From assembly GCA_963720825.1 (NCBI GenBank), contig CAVRGY010000009.1, positions 155,665 to 219,664 of the forward strand: 64,000 nt of DNA, given 5' to 3'. The notes beneath the pieces are model-generated. The model was not told the origin of the DNA and searched no databases. It saw only the letters and a list, made by a program, of their open reading frames with translations. Shown in pieces: positions 56,794-64,000 of the stretch (position 1 is its first letter; every line of letters starts with the position of its first letter). This DNA comes from an uncultured Chloroflexia bacterium. Lineage in GTDB: Bacteria > Chloroflexota > Limnocylindria > Limnocylindrales > CSP1-4. The position numbers were made by a program, and so were the translations under genes.

Positions 56794-58149
56794 TCAGGGC
56801 TTCTGCTGGATGACTCCCTTGGCGACCTCGGGCGGCCAGACCACTGTCGGGTTGCCGTCCATGTACTGGAGGGCAGGGAAGATGTAGTGGCCCTTGCCGA
56901 CGACCGGGTCAGGGATCGAGTCCTGCGAGTAGTCGTAGTTGGACATGATGATCCCGTCCGTGTACGTCAGCTTGCCCGTCCAGAGCTGTTCCTGGGCGGT
57001 CTTGTAGAGGGATTCGCTCGTGATCTCACAGGAGTCGGCGAGCGTCTGGTTCATGATCTTGATGAAGAAGTTGGAGAAGTCGAAGGACAGGCCGGCCGCC
57101 GACGGGCTCGGCTTGCTGCCGTACTTGGCCTCGTAGTCAGTTGCGAACTTCTGCGCCGCATCCGACGCGAATTGCGGGATCTGGTCGACGACGTAGTTCG
57201 ACGCGGTTCCGCTGAGCTTGTACCAGTCGCCGATCCAGCCGAGGCCGTCGGCCACGACCAGCGCCTTGACCCCGGCGTCATCGACGGCCTTGAGGAACGA
57301 GGCGATCGAGGCAGGGATCGTGGTGGTGCCCGCGATCAGCGGGATGTTGTCGTTCTTGTAGCGCGACACGATGGCCGAGAAATCGGTCTGCGTGGTGGGG
57401 AAGTAGTCCTCGCTCACGACGGTCCAGCCGACAGCCTTGAGCTGGTCTTCGAGGCCCGTCCCGAACGAGCGGCCCCAGTCGGTGTCCTCGCCGTAGATCG
57501 CGACCTTCTTCTCGGCGGGCGTATAGCTGCCGGCCGTGATCGCGTCCTCGATGGCCTGGACGTAGCCGATGGTGAGCTTGGCCGGATCCGGCCAGCCCTT
57601 CGAGGTCCAGTAGCCGTACTTCGCCTGGTTGCTGTTGAACTTCTCGTTCACGACACCGGTGGCGCCCATCGCGAAGAAGTGCGGGATCTTGTACTTCGCG
57701 GTGACCTCCATCTGGGCGACCGCGACCGAGCTGTGCCAGCCCAGGATCCCGGCGATGATCTTCTGGCCGGCGACGGCCTGCTCATAGGCGGCGGCGCCCT
57801 TCGCCGGATCCGACTGGTCGTCGATGTAGACGGGCTCGATGGTGTAGGGCCCGACCTTCCAGGAGATCGCGTCGAACGCCATGGACGAGGCGTTCTTCAT
57901 CTCCTCGCCGGTCAGGGCATTGGGGCCGGTGAACGGGCCCTCGATGCCGATCTTGATGGTTGCGGGCGCCGGCTCGGTGCAGTTGGCGGTACCCGAGCTG
58001 CCGGGTGCCGTCGAGGCCGGGGCGGCGGACTCCGGGGCGCTGCTCGCACCCGCGGTCGGGGACGACGATCCGCTGCCGCAGGCGCTCACCATGAGCACCG
58101 CAGCAACAGCGAGACCGGCGATCCGGAACCTGGTTCCAGTGTTGATCAC
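56794..58149 (-). CDS. ABC transporter substrate-binding lipoprotein (Leu/Ile/Val-binding protein family fold), ligand unknown
   Basis: GTG 58149 follows AGGAGGAG. The lipobox is 'LMVSAC', followed by a Ser/Ala/Pro linker. The type-I periplasmic-binding-fold pattern 'IKIGIEGPFTGPNA' is present. Confidence 0.8.
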   Translation of the reverse strand: MINTGTRFRIAGLAVAAVLMVSACGSGSSSPTAGASSAPESAAPASTAPGSSGTANCTEPAPATIKIGIEGPFTGPNALTGEEMKNASSMAFDAISWKVGPYTIEPVYIDDQSDPAKGAAAYEQAVAGQKIIAGILGWHSSVAVAQMEVTAKYKIPHFFAMGATGVVNEKFNSNQAKYGYWTSKGWPDPAKLTIGYVQAIEDAITAGSYTPAEKKVAIYGEDTDWGRSFGTGLEDQLKAVGWTVVSEDYFPTTQTDFSAIVSRYKNDNIPLIAGTTTIPASIASFLKAVDDAGVKALVVADGLGWIGDWYKLSGTASNYVVDQIPQFASDAAQKFATDYEAKYGSKPSPSAAGLSFDFSNFFIKIMNQTLADSCEITSESLYKTAQEQLWTGKLTYTDGIIMSNYDYSQDSIPDPVVGKGHYIFPALQYMDGNPTVVWPPEVAKGVIQQKP

Positions 58150-58170
58150 TGTGCTTCTCCTCCTGTCCGT

Positions 58171-58188
58171 CCAATCCAGGCGGATTGG
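58171..58188 (-). promoter_or_regulatory. hairpin in the EtfD-SBP intercistronic region
   Basis: 'CCAATCC-aggc-GGATTGG' forms a perfect 7-bp stem 14 nt upstream of the SBP RBS on the mRNA. Confidence 0.35.
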
Positions 58189-58203
58189 TACAACCCACGC
58201 AAG

Positions 58204-60286
58204 TCAGATGTCGTCTCTGCCCCCCTCCCGGTCGTCGGAGACGGCGGCGGTCGCCGCTCCCGATGAGGCTGCCGTCAGGGCGGCGGCGGGACGCTGCCGG
58301 CCTCGTTCGACGGCTTCGACCAGCAAGGTGGCGACATCCTTGACCTCGAGCCCGCCGTCCGTCGCTCGCATCCCGTCATCGAGCATGACGGTGCAGAACG
58401 GGCAGGCGACGGCGAGCGTTCCCGCCCCGGTGGCGGTGGCCTCGCGGGCGCGCTCCTCGTTGATCTGGCCGGCGCGCTCCTCGAGCCACATGTGGGCACC
58501 GCCGGCACCGCAGCAGAAGGTCCGCTCCTCTCGGCGCGCCATCTCGAGCGGGCGGCCGACGGCCGCCACCAGCTCCCGCGGCTCGGAGCGGACGTCGTTG
58601 TGGCGGGCCAGGTAGCACGAGTCGTGGTAGGTGATCGTGTCCGCGCTCGCGGCCGGCGACAGGCGCCCGTCGCGCACCAGCTCCGCCAGCAGCTGCGTGT
58701 GGTGCATGACCTCGTACCTGCCGCCGAAATCCGGGTACTCGTTGGCCAGCGTGTTGAAGCAGTGCGGGCAGGTGGTCACGATCCTGGTCACCTTCGCCTC
58801 GCCCAGGGTGTCGACGTTCTGCCTGGCCAGTGCCTGGAAGGTGTACTCGTCGCCCATCCGCCGGGCGGGATCGCCGGTGCAGCTCTCCCGCGGGCCGAGG
58901 ATCGCGAAATCGACCTGCGCCTCCTTGAGCAGCTTCGCGGTCGAGATCGCGCCGACCCGGGCACGCTCATCGAACGCCGGCGCGCAGCCGACCCAGAACA
59001 GGACGTCGGGCGGAGCGTCGCCGGGCTCGAGGACGCGGATGTCGAGGCCCTCCGCCCAGTCCACCCGCTCGGTCGCGGCGCCGCCCCACGGGTTGCCCGT
59101 GCGCTCCAGGTCCCGGAGCATCGCCGCGCCCTCCGCGGGCACGCGAGTGTCGACCATGACCAGGTTGCGCCGGAGGTCCACGATGTGGTCGATGTGCTCG
59201 ATCCCCACCGGGCACTCGCGGACGCACGCGCCGCAGGTCACGCAGTCCCACACCGTCTCATCGGCGACGGCGTTGGGGACGAGCGGGCTGCCGGCGAAGG
59301 ACCCGTTGCCCGCGGCGGCCAGCATCTGGTGGCCCTCGCGGTAGAGCTGGTCGCGGAGGCCCATGACCACGAGCTTGGGCGACAGGTTCTTGCCCGTGAA
59401 GAACGCCGGGCAGGCGTCCTGGCAGCGCCCGCACTCGGTGCAGGTCATGCCATCGACCATCTGCTTCCAGGTCATGTCCCGGATCGTCCCCATCCCGAAC
59501 CGGATCTGGTCCTCGGGAACGCTTGGGATCGTCGAACCGGAGCGGCTCCAGGCGGCCTCGCCGGCGGGTGCGCTCGAAGAAGATGTTGAACGCGACGATC
59601 AGGGTGTGGAGATGCTTGGTGTACGGGATGTACAGCAGGAACGCGAGGATCAGGATCGCGTGGACCCACACCACGCCGCGCTCGAGAACCTCGGTGGCCG
59701 CGCCGGCCGGGAGGAGGCCCGCGATGGCCGTCGAGATCGGCGACCACGCCGCCGGGTACTCGTTGTAGCCGAGCGCGACCCGCGACGCGTGCCAGATGAA
59801 CAGCGTGATCGCGATCGCCGCCTCGAACAGCAGGATGTTGTAGGCCTGCTGGAGGTAGCTGCCGACGAACCGGACGGGCCGCTGCCCCAGCCGGATCGCG
59901 AACGCGATGCTCACGCCGACCAGGGTGCCCAGCGCGAACAGGTCGGCCATCAGCGCGAACCAGCCCTGCTCGGACAGCCAGGGAATGGTCCAGTGCGGGC
60001 TCACCGCGCCCAGCCACGACATGACGATGGTGGGCAGCAGGACCAGGAAGCCCCAGAACAGCAGCAGGTGCATGACCCCGGGGATCGGGCGCAGGAACAG
60101 CTTGGACTGGGCGAGCACCCGGGGCACCTCGCGCCCGGTCCGCTGCGGCAGCTCGTCGAAGCGGGCCGAGGCGCGGCCGTGCATCACGAGCCGCGCGAGG
60201 TACAGCGCGCGCCGGGCAAACAGCCCGACGAACGTCAGCCAGACGGCAAGGAACAGGATCCCCGAGATGAGGATCCCGGTATCCAT
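58204..60286 (-). CDS. etfD: membrane-anchored Fe-S oxidoreductase (EtfD / HdrD-GlpC-like: TM domain + 2x[4Fe-4S] + 2 CCG domains), one frame break near 59515
   Basis: The N-terminal ~250 aa is polytopic (ORF 59258..60286). It is followed by 'CTECGRCQDACP', 'CVTCGACVRECP', 'TTCPHCFNTL' and 'FCCGAGGAHMW' in ORF 58204..59493. The gene lies 3 nt downstream of etfA. Confidence 0.75.
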
Positions 60287-60289
60287 GCC

Positions 60290-61252
60290 CTAGGCCCCGC
60301 GCACCCGGCGGATCTCCGCGCTGATGGCGGGGAGCACCTGGTGCAGGTCGCCGATCACGGCGTAGTCGGCGGTGGCCATGATCGGCGCCTCCGCGTCCCT
60401 GTTGATCGCGAGGATCTTCTTCGATGCCTTGCAGCCGGCCATGTGCTGGGTGGCGCCGCTGATCCCGCACGCGATGTACAGGTCGGGCGCGATCTTGGTC
60501 CCGGTCTGGCCGACCTGGTCGGTGTGCGAGCGCCAGCCCGAGATGGTCACCGCCCGGGAGCAGCCGACGGCGGCGCCCAGCAGCCCGGCCAGCTCCTCGA
60601 CGGGCCCGAACCCGGCCTCGGAGCCCACGCCCCGCCCGCCGGACACGACCACCCTGGCGTCGGCCAGCGAGATGCCGCCCACGGCGGCGGGGATCCGCTC
60701 GATCGCACGGACCACGAGATCCGCGTCGTCCAGCGTCGGGGCGAACGTCTCGACCGTTGCCGCGCCACCCGTCTGCGTCGCGGCGACGGTATGCGGCGCG
60801 ACCGTCATGATCGCGCGATCCGCGTGGATCACGGCCTCCTCGAGCAGGCTGCCGCCCCACCGCTGGCGGGTCACGGCAACCGGGCTGCCGGGGGTCGCGC
60901 GGGTGCAGTTCGCGGCAAACGGCAGGCTCGCCCGCGCCGCGACCCGGGCCAGGACGGTGTTGCCGTGCTCGGATCCGGGGCCCACGACGGCCGACGCGTC
61001 GAGGCTGGTCGCGAGATCGAACAGGACGCGCGCCACGGCATCGGGCGCGGCGGCGCCGAGCGCCGGGTGCTGCGCCACGTGGACCTGTGACGCGCCCCAC
61101 GCGCCAAGCCCGCCCGCCGCGGCCTCGTCACCGATGAGCAGCGCATGGACGGCGCCGCCGTCGGCCAGCTGACCGGCCAGCGCGAGTGCCTGGAGGGAGA
61201 CCTCGTCCGCGGCGCCGTCGGCGGTCGTGAGGTAGGCGAGCACGGTCGGCAT
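60290..61252 (-). CDS. etfA: electron transfer flavoprotein alpha subunit
   Basis: Starts at ATG 61252. It carries 'VVSGGRGVG', 'VGQTGTKIAPDLYIACGISGATQHMAG' and 'ILAINRDAEAPI'. Confidence 0.9.
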   Translation of the reverse strand: MPTVLAYLTTADGAADEVSLQALALAGQLADGGAVHALLIGDEAAAGGLGAWGASQVHVAQHPALGAAAPDAVARVLFDLATSLDASAVVGPGSEHGNTVLARVAARASLPFAANCTRATPGSPVAVTRQRWGGSLLEEAVIHADRAIMTVAPHTVAATQTGGAATVETFAPTLDDADLVVRAIERIPAAVGGISLADARVVVSGGRGVGSEAGFGPVEELAGLLGAAVGCSRAVTISGWRSHTDQVGQTGTKIAPDLYIACGISGATQHMAGCKASKKILAINRDAEAPIMATADYAVIGDLHQVLPAISAEIRRVRGA

Positions 61253-62016
61253 CACAGCACCCCCAGCGTGCCGAGCACGTCCACCACGGCCGGGGCGGCA
61301 TCGGCCCCCTGGCCGAGGATCACCGCCTGCTTCACCCGTCCCTCGGGGACCACCAGCCGGACCAGCTCGAGGCGCTGCTCGGGGCGGACCGGCGTCGAGG
61401 TGGCGACCGGCTTGCTCTTGGCGCGCAGCCGCCCCGGCACGGACGGGAAGCGCGGCACGTTGAGGCCCTCGAGGACCGCGACCACCGCGGGCAGCGGCAG
61501 CTCGTACACGTCGCGCCCGCCCGATACCTCCTGCTCGCAGCGGACGGCGGACGCGGTCGCGGACATCCCCTTGATCCCGGTCACGGTGGGCCGGCCGAGG
61601 GCTCGGCCGAGCCGGACGGCGGCCTGGTAGCCGCCGGAGTCGCCCGCCTCGTTGCCCATCAGGACCAGGTCGAACGGGCCGGATGCAGCCTCGTCGGCCC
61701 GAACGGCCTCCACGATCGCACCGACCGTCGACTCCGGGTCCCATTCGCCGCCGTCGGTGACGAGGTGGATCGCGCGCGCGACGCCCAGGGCCATCGCGTC
61801 GCGGAGCTGCTCGATCGCTTCGGCTGGCCCGAGGGTGAGCACGACCGCCTCGCCGCCGTGGGCCTCGATCAGGCGCACCGCCTGCTCCACGGCGCACTCC
61901 TCGTGCGGGCCGATCGCAAAGCCCAGGTGTTTCGTGTCGACGGCACGAGCGTCCGCGGTCAGCGTGATCCGGCCACCGACGGCCGGCACGCTCTTGATGC
62001 ACACGAGAACCTTCAT
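61252..62016 (-). CDS. etfB: electron transfer flavoprotein beta subunit
   Basis: Starts at ATG 62016. It carries 'MKVLVCIKSVP' and 'DLVLMGNEAGDSGGYQ'. Its stop overlaps the etfA start (TGATG). Confidence 0.9.
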   Translation of the reverse strand: MKVLVCIKSVPAVGGRITLTADARAVDTKHLGFAIGPHEECAVEQAVRLIEAHGGEAVVLTLGPAEAIEQLRDAMALGVARAIHLVTDGGEWDPESTVGAIVEAVRADEAASGPFDLVLMGNEAGDSGGYQAAVRLGRALGRPTVTGIKGMSATASAVRCEQEVSGGRDVYELPLPAVVAVLEGLNVPRFPSVPGRLRAKSKPVATSTPVRPEQRLELVRLVVPEGRVKQAVILGQGADAAPAVVDVLGTLGVL

Positions 62017-62018
62017 CG

Positions 62019-64000
62019 CTACGCCCGGATCCGCAGGTTCTCGGGGTCGAACAGGGGCCGCGATCCGGCCACCGCGACCGTCACCGGGTAGCGCTCGGCA
62101 AAGTACTCGACGAACAGGTGGTTGCCTTCGACGGCGTGCTCGGGCGGCAGGTACGCCAGCAGCACGTACTGGCCCGTCGAGGGGCTCGCCCCCGCGGAGG
62201 TCACGTAGGACCGCCGGCCCTTCGCGTCCGAGAGCGGCGTGCCATCCGCGGTCACGATCGGCTGCCGGCCGAGCGGGTAGCGCTTCTCGCCGCTGGCCGA
62301 CGTGTGGTCGTCCACGGTCAGCGTGCACAGGATGGCCGCCGGTTCCTCGCCCAGCTGGCGCAGGACGGCGTCGCGACCGACGAAGTCGGCGCCCTTGACC
62401 TTGACCGGCGCCATGCCCGCCTCGACCACGTTGTAGTCGCCGTCGAGCTCGGCGCCGTAGGCGCGATAGCTCTTCTCGAGCCGGCCCGTGGACACGTAGA
62501 CGCCGATCCCGCAGGCGGTGAGCCCGTGCGGCCGTCCCGCTTCCCACAGCTCGTCCCACAGGCGTTGGCCCTGCTCCATCGGCACGTACAGCTCCCAGCC
62601 CAGCTCGCCGACATACGAGATCCGCGATGCCAGCACCAGCTGGGACCCGATCTCGACGGTGCGGCAGGTGCCGAACCTGAACGCCTCGCTGGACAGGTCC
62701 GCCCGGGTGATCGACTGCACGATGTCCCGCGCGCGAGGGCCCCCACAGCCCGATCGTGGTGTACGCGGTGGACACGTCGACGATCGCGGCATCGGCGGGC
62801 ATGTGGTCACGGAACCACTTGAGGTCGCTCATGCCGTGCGCGCCACCGGTGACCACCCGGAAGGTCGACTCGTCGAGGCGCATGATCGTGAGGTCGCTCT
62901 TGAAGCCGCCCTCCTGCGACAGGACCGGCGTGTAGACCACGCGCCCGACCGGGACGTCCATCTGGCGCATCGCGACCGACTGGACGCCCGCCAGCGCGCC
63001 CGGGCCCACGATGTCGAACTTCATGAACGACGACAGGTCGAAGATGCCGGCCTGCTCGCGCATCGCGAGGTGCTCGGCGTTGATGATCGGCGACCACCAC
63101 CGGGCGTCCCACTCGTTGGGCCGGGTCACGACGCCGTACTTCTCGACCAGCGGCGCGTTGGACTCGAACCACTGGGGGCGCTCGAAGCCGGCGGCCTCGA
63201 AGAACCGCGCGCCGGCGGCCGTGTGCCAGTCGTGCATCGGGGACCGTCGGATCGGGCGGTCGGACTCGTACTGCTCGGCCGGGTGGACGATGCCGTAGGT
63301 CTTGGGGAACGCCTCGAACGCGCGGGCCTTGACGTGCTGGCGAGTCTTCTGGTGGGCGTGGAAGCGCGCCACGTCCGACGCGCCAAGGTCGATCGAGGGC
63401 TCGCCGTGGACCATCCACTCGGCGACGCACCTGCCGACCGCGGGACCCTCCTTGACCCATACGGCGGCCGCCGACCACAGGCCCTTGACCTCGGGTGTCT
63501 CGCCCAGGACGGGCATGCCGTCCGGGGTCAGCGCGATGAGCCCGTTGATCGCGTACTTCACGCCCACGGACTCGTCGCCCACGATCTCGGGCATCAGCTC
63601 CAGCGCGTCGCCCATCTGGGGGTCGAAGTCGTCCTGCGTGAACGGGAACTCCGTGGGCGACAGCGCCGCCTGCTCGATCGACGGGATGTCCTCCGGGTCG
63701 TGGAGGATCGAGCGGTGCGCGTAGGACCCGATCTCGAGCCCGATGCCGTCCTGGCGCTCGTACATCAGGACGTCCATGTCGCGCACGATCGGGAACTCGA
63801 TCGCCCTGGACGATCGCTCGAAGCGGGGGACGGGACCGACATCGATCATCTGGTGCACGACCGGCGTCAGCGGGATGTGCGAGCCGGCCATCTCGGCGAT
63901 CATCGGCGCCCACACGCCGCACGCGATCACGACGTACTCGGCCTCGACGGTGCCCCGGGTGGTCCGGACGGAGCGGACCCGGCCACCGGTGGTGTCGAAC
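62019..64000 (-). CDS. FAD oxidoreductase-GcvT fusion (dimethylglycine oxidase-like, paralogue D), 5' end outside window, one frame break near 62745
   Basis: It is close to paralogue A. Compare 'YPVTVAVAGSRPLFDPENLRIRA*' here with 'YPVTVAVAGATPLFDPANERLHS*' in A, and 'RRSYVTSAGASPS' here with 'RRSYVTSAGAGPS' in A. The stop is 2 nt before the etfB start. The ORF remains open at nt 64000. Confidence 0.85.

Overview
Very high-G+C, actinobacterial-style chromosomal segment with about 55 protein genes and one tRNA. No rRNA, CRISPR array, transposase or integrase was found.

Layout:
- 0-9.7 kb: assorted enzymes and regulators (MarR, DUF1028, ferritin-like protein, alpha/beta hydrolase, GNAT, DUF2652, VOC, 2-hydroxyacid dehydrogenase).
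- 9.8-21.9 kb: a purine-to-glyoxylate catabolic cluster. It holds guanine deaminase, a D-aminoacylase-like amidohydrolase, three-subunit xanthine dehydrogenase, uricase and malate synthase, several of them joined by stop/start overlaps. Next to these sit a hydantoinase+DUF3830 pair and an HIU hydrolase+OHCU decarboxylase pair.
- 22.8-25.8 kb: a receiver-flavoprotein fusion paired with a soluble cNMP-binding histidine kinase.
- 25.9-32 kb: URO-D-like, CPBP protease, AhpD-like, RnfD-like membrane protein, ACT protein and a decayed S51 peptidase.
- 32-38 kb: class III cyclase-STAND-TPR protein, a DUF2075 nuclease/P-loop protein, tRNA-Gly(CCC) and yccF.
- 38-43.3 kb: long-form isocitrate lyase with a small Cys protein, a divergent LysR regulator and an MFS exporter.
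- 43.5-64 kb: a supercluster with four FAD-oxidoreductase/GcvT fusion paralogues (DMGDH/DMGO-like), a DadA-like oxidoreductase, TetR, EtfB, EtfA, a membrane Fe-S EtfD-like protein and a Liv-type ABC importer.

Main caveat: about 20 clearly homologous genes change reading frame one or more times. Coordinates for those genes span the whole reconstructed gene, and frame-break positions are approximate. All calls come from manual translation and motif recognition. No database search was run.
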